NCBI GenBank assembly: GCA_040901985.1
Contig: JBBDYC010000002.1
Coordinates: forward strand, 102,457-165,654
Reading direction: 5' to 3'
Length of the DNA stretch: 63,198 nucleotides
Origin: Gemmatimonadaceae bacterium
Lineage (GTDB): Bacteria; Gemmatimonadota; Gemmatimonadetes; Gemmatimonadales; Gemmatimonadaceae
This document shows, in pieces, positions 1 to 9,482 of the stretch. The position numbers and the translations under genes are program-made. Every line of letters starts with the position of its first letter. Within the stretch, counting starts at the first letter, position 1. The notes beneath the pieces are model-generated. The model saw only the letters and a list, made by a program, of their open reading frames with translations, was not told where the DNA came from and searched no databases.

Positions 1-1
1 C

Positions 2-205
2 CCCCCCGGCGTCGGACGCGCGCTGTACGACGATGTCCACGCCACCGCCGCCGGACGATGGCTTCGCATCACCCTCGAGGTGAACCTGCGACCGCCCTAT
101 CCGACGTCCATCGCGTTCCACGAGGCGATGGGGTACCGGCCGGTCGGCGTGCGGGAGTACAACGAGGGACGGAACGCCGTACAGATGTTCGAGCGGGAGG
201 TGTAG
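2..205 (+). CDS. GNAT-family acetyltransferase, C-terminal part (runs off window start)
   Basis: Not in the ORF track. Frame 2 reads PPGVGRALYDDV...ITLEVNLRPPYPTSIAFHEAMGYRPVG...ERE V*, with the GxGRALY acetyl-CoA motif and FH..MGY motif. Confidence 0.75.
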   Translation, partial: PPGVGRALYDDVHATAAGRWLRITLEVNLRPPYPTSIAFHEAMGYRPVGVREYNEGRNAVQMFEREV

Positions 206-242
206 GACGCATATTACGGACTCCCCCGTTCCGAGCCTTCCG

Positions 243-1811
243 ATGACCTTCCGTTTCCGAACTGCCGTGCTCGCCGCGCTCCTGCTCCTTCTCGCCAGCG
301 GAGCCGCCGGCGCCCAGCGTCCGGGCGAACCGACCTTCCCGTTCAGCACCGACGCCCAATACGACGCATCGGGCATCGCGCCCTACCGCGGCCGGCACGA
401 CGCGATCTACCGCCACATTGACGCGAATCTCGCGGAGCACCTCGCGAACATCCAGCGGTGGCTCCGCCAGCCGAGCATCAGCGCCCAGGGCGTCGGGATC
501 ACGGAGATGGCCACGATGCTGCGCGACGATCTCCGGGCACTCGGCTTTCAGGAGGCGGAGATCGTCCCGACGAGCGGCCACCCGGGTGTCTGGGGCTACT
601 ACAACGCCAATGCGCCGAAGACGCTCCTCATCTACATGATGTACGACGTCCAGCCGGTCGAGGAGAACTGGCGCGTGCCGCCGTTCGCCGCCGAGTTGGT
701 GGAGACGGAACACGGCCAGGTGGTGATGGCGCGCGGCGCGACGAACCAGAAGGGGCCGGAGCGCGCGTTCCTCAACGCGTTGGCGTCAATCATCGCCGTG
801 GAGGGCACGCTTCCGGTGAACCTGATGGTGCTCGCCGAGGGCGAGGAGGAACTGGGGTCGCCGCATTACCCGGAGCTGGTGGACCGATTCGAGGCGCGGC
901 TCCGCACGGCGGACGGCGTCTTCTTCCCGTTCAACGCGCAGGATCCGCGCGGCGGGCTGGCGATGTCGCTCGGCGTGAAGGGGATCCTGTACTTGGAGAT
1001 CGAGTCGCACGGCGGCGCCTGGGGCGGGCCGACACGCGCGGAGATCCACGGGTCGAACAAGGTGATCGTGGATTCGCCGACCTGGCGGCTGACGCAGGCG
1101 CTGGCGAGCCTCACCAGTCGCGACGGCAACACGATCGTCGTACCGAACTACTACGACGGCATCCGGCCGCCGACGCTCGAGGAGCAACGGTTGGTCAACG
1201 CCCTTGCGGCGCATCGCGACGAGGAGCAGGTCCGCGCCGCGTACGGGGTTGAGCGCTTCATCGGCGGATTGAGCGGCCGGGAGCTTCTGGTGCGGCAGTT
1301 CTATCACCCGACGCTCAACATCAACGGGATTTGGAGCGGCTACACGGGCGAGGGAGTGAAGACAATCCTGCCGCATCGTGCCGTGGCCAAGGTGGACTCG
1401 CGGCTGCCGATGGGGGTGACCCCGGACAGCGCGTTGGACCGGATCTGGCGGCATCTCGCGGAGCAGGGGTTCAGCGACATCATCATCCGCAAGCTGTCGG
1501 GCTATCCGGCATCCCAGACCTCGGTGGACGCGCCACTCGTCCAGGCGGCGCTCTCGGTGTACCGGAAGTACGGCATCACGCCGACGATCTCGCCGCGGCT
1601 CGCCGGGAGCGCGCCGTTCTACCAGTTCACCGAGCGGTTGGGGCTGCCACTCGTGTTCTCGGGGATGGGGCACGGGTCGGGGGCGCACGCGCCGAACGAG
1701 TATATGGTGATCCGGCCGCGCGAGGGGTCCGCCGTCGCCGGACTGGCGGCAATCGAGAAGTCGTACGTGGACCTGCTCTACGCGCTACGAGGGGCTTCCG
1801 GGGGTCACTAG
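243..1811 (+). CDS. Exported M20/M25/M40-family metallopeptidase (dipeptidase-like) with atypical metal ligands
   Basis: Signal peptide (AAGA-Q); YDVQP, ARGA..KG, EGEEELGS and AHAPNE motifs. Confidence 0.85.
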   Translation: MTFRFRTAVLAALLLLLASGAAGAQRPGEPTFPFSTDAQYDASGIAPYRGRHDAIYRHIDANLAEHLANIQRWLRQPSISAQGVGITEMATMLRDDLRALGFQEAEIVPTSGHPGVWGYYNANAPKTLLIYMMYDVQPVEENWRVPPFAAELVETEHGQVVMARGATNQKGPERAFLNALASIIAVEGTLPVNLMVLAEGEEELGSPHYPELVDRFEARLRTADGVFFPFNAQDPRGGLAMSLGVKGILYLEIESHGGAWGGPTRAEIHGSNKVIVDSPTWRLTQALASLTSRDGNTIVVPNYYDGIRPPTLEEQRLVNALAAHRDEEQVRAAYGVERFIGGLSGRELLVRQFYHPTLNINGIWSGYTGEGVKTILPHRAVAKVDSRLPMGVTPDSALDRIWRHLAEQGFSDIIIRKLSGYPASQTSVDAPLVQAALSVYRKYGITPTISPRLAGSAPFYQFTERLGLPLVFSGMGHGSGAHAPNEYMVIRPREGSAVAGLAAIEKSYVDLLYALRGASGGH

Positions 1812-1820
1812 ACTTCGCGG

Positions 1821-2705
1821 ATGGCGCGCCGCGACTTGGTTGACCTGATCCTGCTGGGCGCCATCTGGGGCGCGGCGTTTCTCTTCACCCGGATTGCGGT
1901 CCCGGAGTTCGGCCCGGTTGCGCTGGTCGAGGTGCGCGTCATCATCGCGGCGCTGGTCGTGGTGGGGTTGGTCGCAGCGCGCCGCCGGCTCGGGGAATTC
2001 AGGGGCCGCTGGCGCGCACTGACGCTGATTGCCGTGCTCAACACCGCCGTGCCGTTCGCGCTCTACGCGTACGCCACGCGTACCGTGCCGGCCGGGTTCG
2101 CGGCAGTGCTGAACGCGACGGTGCCGCTCTTCGGTGCCCTCGTCGGGCGCGCGTTCTTTGGCGAACGCCTGGGCCGCGAGCAGGCACTTGGGCTTGCGGT
2201 CGGGTTTCTCGGCGTGCTGGTGCTCGTCGCCCCTCGGCTCGAGGTAGCCGGGACGCCGCTGGCGATTGCCGCGGCGCTGGTCGCGTCCCTGATGTACGGC
2301 ATTGCGGCGCACCTGACCCGACGGGTGCTGCCGGGCGTGCACTCGGTGGTGATCGCCGCGGGGAGCCTCGTGGCGTCGGCCGTGCTGCTGGCAATTCCGG
2401 CCGCGCTGCTCTGGCCGCGCACGATGCCGTCGGCCGGCGCGTGGATGAGCACGATCGCGCTCGCCGTCCTGGCGACGGGCATCGCGTACGTCCTTTACTT
2501 CCGGCTCCTCGAACGGGTCGGCGCGACTGGCGCGGTGGCGGTGACCTACCTGATCCCGCTCTTCGGGATGGTCTGGGGCGGGCTCTTCCTCGGCGAGCGC
2601 GTGACGCTGGCGATGGGGGCCGGGTGTACGCTCATTCTCCTCGGCGTCGCCGTGACGACCGGGGCCCTCCGCCTGCTCATCCCGCGGGAAAGACCGGCAC
2701 CGTAG
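1821..2705 (+). CDS. EamA/DMT family transporter
   Basis: About 10 hydrophobic segments; [13 protein letters not shown] and VTYLIP motifs. Confidence 0.9.
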   Translation: MARRDLVDLILLGAIWGAAFLFTRIAVPEFGPVALVEVRVIIAALVVVGLVAARRRLGEFRGRWRALTLIAVLNTAVPFALYAYATRTVPAGFAAVLNATVPLFGALVGRAFFGERLGREQALGLAVGFLGVLVLVAPRLEVAGTPLAIAAALVASLMYGIAAHLTRRVLPGVHSVVIAAGSLVASAVLLAIPAALLWPRTMPSAGAWMSTIALAVLATGIAYVLYFRLLERVGATGAVAVTYLIPLFGMVWGGLFLGERVTLAMGAGCTLILLGVAVTTGALRLLIPRERPAP

Positions 2706-3594
2706 CGCCGTCCACCGCCATCCCCATCGAGTGGTAACCCTTGTCCACGTAGACGGTCGTGCCAGTGATCCCGCTGGCGAGCGGTGAGCAGAGGAAGGCG
2801 GCCGCGGTGCCGACTTCCTCCGCGTGCAGCGCCTCGGGAAGGGCGCTATTGGCGGCGCAGTACTTCACCATCGCGTCAATGATGCCGATCGCGCTGGCGG
2901 CGCGCGACGCGAAGGGGCCGGCGGAGATGACATTCACGCGTGTGCCGTACTTTCGCCCCGCCTCGTAGGCGAGGACGCGGGTGTCGCTCTCGAGTGCGGC
3001 CTTGGCCGACGACATCCCGCCGCCGTAGCCGGGAATCACGCGCTCGCCCGCCATATAGGTCAGCGATGCCACGCTCCCGCCCTTGCGCATCAACGGGCCG
3101 AACTCGCGTACCATGGAGACCAACGAGTAGGCGCTGGCGCTCAGCGCGGCGAGGTAACCCGCGCGGCTGGTATCAATCAACGCCTTCTTCACCTCAGGGC
3201 CGTTGGCCAGTGAGTGGATGAGGATGTCGAGCGGGCGCTCACCGAAATCGGCGCGCAGGCGCGCGGCAAGGCCGCCGATCGAGAAGTCGCCGACATCCTT
3301 GTAGCGCTTGCTCTCGCGGAGCTCGGCCGGCGCGTCCTCGAGGCGGTCGAAGACGGCGTCGAGCGGATAGATCTTCTCGAACGCCAACAGCGATCCGTCG
3401 GCGAGCTTGCGGGACTCGTCCATCTTTCCGCGTTCGAGGAGGTTCAGGAAGATGTTGAGCGCCGGGGGCCAGGTGGCGACGCACACCGTGGCGCCGGCCT
3501 GGATCAGCGCCTTGGCGATGGCGAAGCCGAAGCCGCCGTCGTCAGCGACACCGGCGACGAGGGCGCGCTTGCCCGTCAGGTCAATGTTGAGCAT
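2677..3594 (-). CDS. fabI: Enoyl-[acyl-carrier-protein] reductase, plant/Chlamydia type
   Basis: ATG at 3594. [51 protein letters not shown] and YVDKG motifs. 3' end overlaps the convergent EamA gene by 29 bp. Confidence 0.92.
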   Translation of the reverse strand: MLNIDLTGKRALVAGVADDGGFGFAIAKALIQAGATVCVATWPPALNIFLNLLERGKMDESRKLADGSLLAFEKIYPLDAVFDRLEDAPAELRESKRYKDVGDFSIGGLAARLRADFGERPLDILIHSLANGPEVKKALIDTSRAGYLAALSASAYSLVSMVREFGPLMRKGGSVASLTYMAGERVIPGYGGGMSSAKAALESDTRVLAYEAGRKYGTRVNVISAGPFASRAASAIGIIDAMVKYCAANSALPEALHAEEVGTAAAFLCSPLASGITGTTVYVDKGYHSMGMAVDGATVPVFPAG

Positions 3595-3608
3595 GCCGTG
3601 ATATGCCC

Positions 3609-4829
3609 TCAGTCCGGAGTGGAGGCAAGGTCTGCACTGGCGTGCCGCGCGCAGCCGGCGAGGAGCGCCGCACCGATGAAGAGCGCGTCCTCGTCGGGGT
3701 CGAAGCGCGGGGTGTGGACGCCGGCCGGACTGCGGCCCTCGCGCCAGGTGCCGATGCGCACGAAGCAACCGTCCATCCGCTCGAGATAGTACGAAAAATC
3801 CTCGCCGCCCATATTCGCGGTGGCGAGCGAGCGGAAGCAGTTCTCGCCGAGCAGGGCGCGGGCGGAGCGCTGTGCCCAGCCGGCGCCGCGCGGCGAGTTG
3901 ACGAGCGGCGGCGTGCCCTCGCGCAGCGCGAAGGTGGCGGTGAGGCGGTGGGCGCCGGCCACGGCGTGCGCGACGTGCTCGAGCTGCTCGAGCAAGAGCG
4001 CGCGCGACGGCGCGGTCGTCGCGCGCACAGTGCCGCTGCACTGCGCAATCTCGGGGATCACGTTGGGGGCGCTCCCCGCCCGCACCATCCCGATCGAGAT
4101 CACGCCGGGGATTGCCGGGTTGAGGCGTCGCGAGACGATGGTCTGCACGTCACTGATGAAGGCGCCGAGGCCAACCACGGGATCCCGGGTGTCGTGCGGT
4201 CGGGCGCCGTGGCCCCCTTGGCCGTGGAAGGTGACGTCGAAGGTGTCGGTGGACGCGGCCAGCGGGCCGGCGACGGCGACGACCTCGCCGACCGTGAATC
4301 GCCAGTCCACGTGCGCGCCGAAGATTGCGGCCGTGCCGTCGAGCGCGCCGCTGGCGAGGACCATCGGCGCGCCCTCGCCGGTTTCCTCGGCGGGCTGAAG
4401 CAGAATCCGCACCTCGCCGACCGCCGGGTCGCGCGCGAGGAGCATCGCCGCGCCGACGGTCCAGGTGGCGTGCATATCGTGGCCGCAGGCGTGCATCACG
4501 CCGGCCGTGCCCGACGCGAACTCGAGGCCGGTAGCCTCGGTGATCGGCAGGGCGTCAATGTCGCCGCGCAGCGCCACCGCCGGCCCACCGGCGCCGGTGC
4601 CGGCGATGCGGGCGATGAGACCGGTCTTGGCGACGTCCCGGATGTCGGTGATCCCGAGGTCGGTGAGGGCGCGCCGCAGGCGCGCCTGCGTGGCCTGCTC
4701 CCGCCACGAGAGTTCGGGCGCGCGGTGCAGGTCGCGGCGGAGCGCGAGCAGGAAGTCGCGGTCGGCGGCGCTGAAGAGCGACGCCACGGCATCGGGCAGG
4801 GGCGGGTCGGGTCGCTCGGCGATGGTCAC
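3609..4829 (-). CDS. M20D amidohydrolase (probable N-acyl/N-succinyl-L-amino acid deacylase)
   Basis: [33 protein letters not shown] and HTPRFD motifs; overlaps the upstream racemase gene. Confidence 0.88.
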   Translation of the reverse strand: MTIAERPDPPLPDAVASLFSAADRDFLLALRRDLHRAPELSWREQATQARLRRALTDLGITDIRDVAKTGLIARIAGTGAGGPAVALRGDIDALPITEATGLEFASGTAGVMHACGHDMHATWTVGAAMLLARDPAVGEVRILLQPAEETGEGAPMVLASGALDGTAAIFGAHVDWRFTVGEVVAVAGPLAASTDTFDVTFHGQGGHGARPHDTRDPVVGLGAFISDVQTIVSRRLNPAIPGVISIGMVRAGSAPNVIPEIAQCSGTVRATTAPSRALLLEQLEHVAHAVAGAHRLTATFALREGTPPLVNSPRGAGWAQRSARALLGENCFRSLATANMGGEDFSYYLERMDGCFVRIGTWREGRSPAGVHTPRFDPDEDALFIGAALLAGCARHASADLASTPD

Positions 4830-5953
4830 GGGGCGCGGAGCTCCTCGGCGCGCACGGTCAGCCGTTCGACGCGTGCCCGATCCACGTCAACGCCGATGCC
4901 TGGCGCGTCGAGCGGCACCCGCACCATCCCTTCGCCGTCCATTGTCCACTCCGGGGTCACGATGTCCTGCGTCCAGTAGCGCGCGCTCGGCGAGAGGTCG
5001 CCGGGAAGCGTGAAGTTCGGAAGCGAGGCGAGGGCAACGTTGTAGGCGCGGCCGACGCCGCTCTCAAGCATCCCGCCACACCAGACCGGGACGCCGACGC
5101 TCTCGCAGAAGTCGTGGATGGACAGCGCCGGCGCAAACCCCCCGACGCGTCCCGGCTTGATGTTGATGATGCGGCCGGCGCCGAGCGTGACCATATCCCG
5201 CGCGCGGTCGAGCGAGGTGATGGACTCGTCGAGGCAGAGCGGCGTGCGCAGGCGCTTCTGGAGCTCGGCGTGACGCACGAGGTCGTCCCAGGCGAGCGGC
5301 TGTTCGATCATCATCAGGCCGAGATCATCGAGGGAGGCGAGGCGGTCAGCATCGTCGAGCGTGTAGGCGTTGTTGGCGTCGGCCATCAGGTGCGCGGCAT
5401 CGCCGACCGCGGCGCGCACGGCGGCCACCCATTCCACGTCGCGGCCGGGCGCGATCTTGATCTTCACCTTTTGATACCCCGCATCCACCGCCGCGCTTGC
5501 CTTGGCGACGAGCGTCGGGATGTCACGCTGGATGCCGAGCGAGATTCCGGTGGCGATCCGGTCGCGCGTGCCGCCGATGAACCGGGCGAGCGGCTGTCCC
5601 GCCTGCACCGCGGCGACGGCCCAGCACCCCATCTCGAGCGCCGCCTTTGCCATGTTATGCCCGCGGACGTCGGCGTCGAGGAGCGCGAGGACCTCGCCCG
5701 GCCCCGCGACGGCCCGGCCGAGCAGGCGCGGGGCCAGGAAGCGCGTGATGATCGGCCACGCGGTATCAACCGTCTCCGGCGAGTAGTTTGGCGCGTCGTC
5801 CACCACGCACTCGCTCCAGGCGCTCGCGCCGCGCGCGTCGAAGAGCTCGCAGAGCAGGATGCGGCGTTCCCGCATCTCGCCGGACGAGATGCGGAAGGGT
5901 TCGCGCAGCGGAAGGCGGATCTCCCGCAGGACGAGGCGCTCGAGTTGGAGCAT
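4826..5953 (-). CDS. menC: N-succinylamino acid racemase / o-succinylbenzoate synthase (enolase superfamily)
   Basis: KVKIK, DANNAY, EQP, LDES, NIKPGRVGG, WCGGMLESGVGRA and PGDLS motifs of the NSAR/OSBS subfamily. Confidence 0.88.
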   Translation of the reverse strand: MLQLERLVLREIRLPLREPFRISSGEMRERRILLCELFDARGASAWSECVVDDAPNYSPETVDTAWPIITRFLAPRLLGRAVAGPGEVLALLDADVRGHNMAKAALEMGCWAVAAVQAGQPLARFIGGTRDRIATGISLGIQRDIPTLVAKASAAVDAGYQKVKIKIAPGRDVEWVAAVRAAVGDAAHLMADANNAYTLDDADRLASLDDLGLMMIEQPLAWDDLVRHAELQKRLRTPLCLDESITSLDRARDMVTLGAGRIINIKPGRVGGFAPALSIHDFCESVGVPVWCGGMLESGVGRAYNVALASLPNFTLPGDLSPSARYWTQDIVTPEWTMDGEGMVRVPLDAPGIGVDVDRARVERLTVRAEELRAP

Positions 5954-5957
5954 CGCG

Positions 5958-6725
5958 CTATCGGCGCACGAGGAGGTAGGCGCCGCCCCGCGCGTCGGCG
6001 ACGAAGCCGCGGACGTGGTAGCCGCGCGTCAGGTAGTGCGTGAAGGCGCGGCGGGTGGCGAAGCGCCAGCGTCGGGCGGCGGCGAGGTCGGCCGCCGCGA
6101 GTGCCGAGATGTCACGCGGAACGCGCACGGCGACCGTCTTCACGCCCGGGAGATCGCCTTCGGCCCCGTCCGCCGTCACGGCGAACGGCACGTCGTCGGG
6201 GATTGCGCCGAGGGGCGGCTCGGCTTGCGCGGGGTCCACTGCCCAGGCAATAAGGAATCGGTCCGTCGGCATGTCGCCCTGGAGCGGCGAGTTAGTGCCC
6301 TCGCCGTACATCGCCTCGACGTACTCGTCCACCCGCGCGCCCATCCGGTTGAGATTCAGGTGCGCGTTGCGGGCGACGAGCGGGTCGTACGTCCAATAGA
6401 TGGTGGCGATGCCGAGCTTCCGGCACTCGTCACGTTGGTGCTCCTTGAGCCGCTCGCCGAGGTGCTTGCCCTGGGCCTCCGGGCGCACGGCGAGCATATC
6501 GGACCAATGGACGACCTTGCCGCCGCGGAGTCCGGTCACGCCGAACACAAACCCGAGCATCGTGCCGTCGTCGGCGAACGCGCCGGCCGTGACGCCGCCG
6601 AGTTCCTGGGCGACGAGGAGCATTGCGGCGGGGACCTTCTCGGTGAAGGTGGCGCCCCAGGTCAGCTCCTGGAGGGCGACGCAGGCGGCGCGGTCGGCGT
6701 GGGAGGCGAACGGACGGATCTGCAC
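5958..6725 (-). CDS. GNAT acyltransferase, probable D-amino acid N-succinyltransferase
   Basis: HWSDMLAV, G.G..LK..QR, WTYDPL..RNA.LN and PTDRFLIAW motifs; lies directly upstream of NSAR. Confidence 0.8.
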   Translation of the reverse strand: MQIRPFASHADRAACVALQELTWGATFTEKVPAAMLLVAQELGGVTAGAFADDGTMLGFVFGVTGLRGGKVVHWSDMLAVRPEAQGKHLGERLKEHQRDECRKLGIATIYWTYDPLVARNAHLNLNRMGARVDEYVEAMYGEGTNSPLQGDMPTDRFLIAWAVDPAQAEPPLGAIPDDVPFAVTADGAEGDLPGVKTVAVRVPRDISALAAADLAAARRWRFATRRAFTHYLTRGYHVRGFVADARGGAYLLVRR

Positions 6726-6728
6726 TAC

Positions 6729-6777
6729 AGGTGTGAGGTGTGACGTGGGAGGTGTGAGGTGGGCGGTGAGAGGTGGC
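6729..6777. repeat. Degenerate heptamer tandem repeat, 7 x AGGTGTG consensus
   Basis: aggtgtg aggtgtg acgtggg aggtgtg aggtggg cggtgag aggtggc, in the divergent intergenic gap. Confidence 0.75.
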
Positions 6778-6820
6778 GTTGCCTTCGCGCCCCTCCCACG
6801 CCCCTGCTAAACTACGACCT

Positions 6821-7630
6821 GTGCGCCACCTTTGCCTCTTTCTCCTCGTTGGCCTCGCTGGGGCGCCCCTCTGCGCGCGGGGGCAGGCGGATTCAGCGCC
6901 ACCGCCGGCGTTCTCCCGGGTGGAGGTCGCGCGGTTCGCGGTCGTGCTGGGGCTCGGCGGGCTCGCGTACCTCGCCGACGACGCCGTCCGCGAGGCGGTG
7001 ACCCGGGATGCCGTGCAGGGGAACCGCGTGGCCGATGGTTTGAGCGATTTCGGGTACGTCTATGGTAGTCCGGGTGTCGTTGGGATCGGCGCGGCGCTCT
7101 GGGTGGGCGGCCTGGTGGCGGATCGCCCGACCATCGCCGTGTCGGGGCTCAGGGCGATCGAGGCGATCACGGTCAGCGGGTTCGTGACGCGCGCGCTCAA
7201 GGAAGCGACCGGGCGTGCCCGACCCGATGTGGCGCCACACCGCCGTGACGACTGGCAACTGCTCCGGGGATGGCGCGAAACGGGCGACGACTATGAAGCG
7301 ATGGCGTCCGGGCACGCGACGGCCGCCTTTGCCTTTGCGGCTGCGGTCACCGGGGAAGTCGCGCGCAGGGCGCCGGAACACGCACGTCTCGTCGGCGTCA
7401 CCACGTACGGACTCGCGGCGATCACGGCGTACTCCCGGATGCACCACGACCGGCACCGGTTGAGCGATGTCACGGTGGGCGCCGGCGTAGGGACGGTCAC
7501 GGCGTGGGCCATCACGCGCTGGCACGCGACGCGGCCCGAGAATCCGATTGACCGGGTCTTTCTGCGGCCAACCGCGACGATGTCGCCGGACGGCAGCGCA
7601 CGCCTCGGCTTCACGATCCTGACGCGATGA
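6821..7630 (+). CDS. PAP2 (type 2 phosphatidic acid phosphatase) family membrane protein
   Basis: KxxxGRxRP, SGH and SRxxxxxHxxxD motifs. GTG at 6821 precedes a signal-like segment; exact start uncertain. Confidence 0.85.
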   Translation: MRHLCLFLLVGLAGAPLCARGQADSAPPPAFSRVEVARFAVVLGLGGLAYLADDAVREAVTRDAVQGNRVADGLSDFGYVYGSPGVVGIGAALWVGGLVADRPTIAVSGLRAIEAITVSGFVTRALKEATGRARPDVAPHRRDDWQLLRGWRETGDDYEAMASGHATAAFAFAAAVTGEVARRAPEHARLVGVTTYGLAAITAYSRMHHDRHRLSDVTVGAGVGTVTAWAITRWHATRPENPIDRVFLRPTATMSPDGSARLGFTILTR

Positions 7631-8154
7631 ACGGGGTCTTCATCACCGCCGAGCTCGAGGGGGCGCTGGCCGACCGCATCCACGCGCTCCAGGAGGAGTT
7701 CGACCCCAAGATGGCGCGGGCGTTGCCGCCGCACATCACGCTCACCGGGTCGTCGGGCACGGGGCCGCTTCCGCCCGACACGCCGATCGCCGAGCTCAAG
7801 GCGAAGATCCTGCCGATTGCGGCGATGACCGCGCCGATCACGCTGCGCTTCGGGCCGCCGGAGCGGTTTGTCGGCCGCAACATCGTCTCGCTGCAGCTCG
7901 ATCCGCACGGGCCGCTGCGCGACCTGCACGAGCGACTCAAGGCGAGTGGCCTCCCGTTCGGGCCGGCGCGCTACCCATTCACGCCTCATTGCACGCTCAA
8001 CCTGTATCCGGAGCTCACGCATACCAACCTGCGCAAGATGCTCGCGGTACGGATCGAGGAGGCCTTTGCGGTGCGCCTGTTGCGCGTGTACCACACGCAC
8101 GACCCACAACCGCCTGATCTGCTGTTCGAGGCGCCGCTGACCGGCGCGGGATGA
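7627..8154 (+). CDS. 2H phosphoesterase (2'-5' RNA ligase family)
   Basis: Two HxT motifs (PHITL, PHCTL); ATGA overlap with the PAP2 gene. Confidence 0.85.
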   Translation: MNGVFITAELEGALADRIHALQEEFDPKMARALPPHITLTGSSGTGPLPPDTPIAELKAKILPIAAMTAPITLRFGPPERFVGRNIVSLQLDPHGPLRDLHERLKASGLPFGPARYPFTPHCTLNLYPELTHTNLRKMLAVRIEEAFAVRLLRVYHTHDPQPPDLLFEAPLTGAG

Positions 8155-8161
8155 GCAGCGT

Positions 8162-8686
8162 CTACGGCGTAGCGGGGAACGCCCTGGCGATCGCCGCGTC
8201 AATGTCCTGGTCGCCCCCGACGCCGGTGTAGACGACCTTGCCGCCGGCGTCGAGCACCACGACGTAGCTGGTGGCCGGCACATCGTAGGCGTCCACCGCG
8301 TGCCCGCGCCGATCATAGAAGTGGATGAACCCTTCCATATACCGAGCGACATAGCGTCGGACGCGCTCCTCGGACTGGTTGACGCTCACCGCCACCCCGA
8401 CGAAGGTGACGCGGTCGGCGTACTTGGTGCGGGCGGCCATCAATGCCGGCTCGAGCGCCTTGCAATTGCCGCACCAGGTCGCCCAGAACTCGATGAGCAC
8501 CGGCTTGGTCCCGATCACGCTGCGCAGGTCGGCGGCGCGGCCGTCGAGGGTCTCCACCGCCGCGCCGGGAGCAGTGGTGCCGATCGGGATGCCGCTGTCC
8601 TGCGCGCCGAGCGTCGCCACCGCCAGGGTGAGCGTGGCAGAGGCGATCAACAGCCGGCGGCCGGTCCGACGAATGTCCGTGAGCAT
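8162..8686 (-). CDS. TlpA/ResA-like exported thiol-disulfide oxidoreductase
   Basis: FWATWCGNC (CxxC), signal peptide, TGATG coupling to ccdA. Confidence 0.88.
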   Translation of the reverse strand: MLTDIRRTGRRLLIASATLTLAVATLGAQDSGIPIGTTAPGAAVETLDGRAADLRSVIGTKPVLIEFWATWCGNCKALEPALMAARTKYADRVTFVGVAVSVNQSEERVRRYVARYMEGFIHFYDRRGHAVDAYDVPATSYVVVLDAGGKVVYTGVGGDQDIDAAIARAFPATP

Positions 8687-9402
8687 CAGAGCACCAGTTT
8701 TCCCATCTCGATCAGGTAGTACTCGGCGACGCCGAGCATCAACACCGCGAAGAAGCGCTTGACCCAGACCATCCAGGCGCCGGCGCGCGGCAATCGCGAG
8801 AGTGCCCCACTCGAGAGCCCGACGAGCACGAGGAGCGTGCACATCCCGAGCGAGAACACGAGGAGATACACGAAACCTAACGTGGGGCTCCCTTTGGTTC
8901 CCACCCAGGTGAGGATCGCCGCCATCACGGGCGCGCCGCAGGGCGCGGCCACGAGCCCCGACATCGCGCCCATCACAAAGGCGCCGCCGGCGCGCCCCCC
9001 GGTGCCGGCCGTCGCCGCGCGCGCCGCCAGGCCCGCCGGCAGCCGGACCGGAATCACGTCGAACATCGCCAGCGAGGTGAGGATCAGCAGGTTGGCCATC
9101 GCGAAGTAGAGCCAGGGATTCGTGCTGATCGTCCCGAACATCGTTCCCGTGACACCGGCGATGAGACCGAGCGTGGAGTAGACGGACGCCAGGCCGACCA
9201 CGTAGGCGCCGGTGAGCGCGGCGGTCCGCCAGCGGGGCGGCGCGCCCTCGCCGACCGTCTGCCCGCCGACGATCGCCGCGGTGATGGGGATCATCGGGTA
9301 GATGCACGGATTGAGGCTCTGCAGGACCCCGGCCGCGAAGACCAACGCGAGCGCGGTGACGGGACTCGCCGAGAGCTGGGCGGCGATGTTGGTGAAGTCC
9401 AT
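8686..9402 (-). CDS. ccdA: CcdA/DsbD-beta family thiol-disulfide membrane transporter
   Basis: [11 protein letters not shown] and AAPCGAP motifs; about 6 TM segments. Confidence 0.88.
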   Translation of the reverse strand: MDFTNIAAQLSASPVTALALVFAAGVLQSLNPCIYPMIPITAAIVGGQTVGEGAPPRWRTAALTGAYVVGLASVYSTLGLIAGVTGTMFGTISTNPWLYFAMANLLILTSLAMFDVIPVRLPAGLAARAATAGTGGRAGGAFVMGAMSGLVAAPCGAPVMAAILTWVGTKGSPTLGFVYLLVFSLGMCTLLVLVGLSSGALSRLPRAGAWMVWVKRFFAVLMLGVAEYYLIEMGKLVL

Positions 9403-9482
9403 ACGTTCAATCTACCGCGTCGCGGTCGGGGTCGGACTCGTCGTCCCGCCAGTCGAGGCCGTCCCCGACTAGGTTTCGCGCC

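Noticed and set aside
4826..5953. Menaquinone biosynthesis locus
   Set aside because: No other men genes are nearby; the GNAT and M20 neighbours indicate the racemase role.
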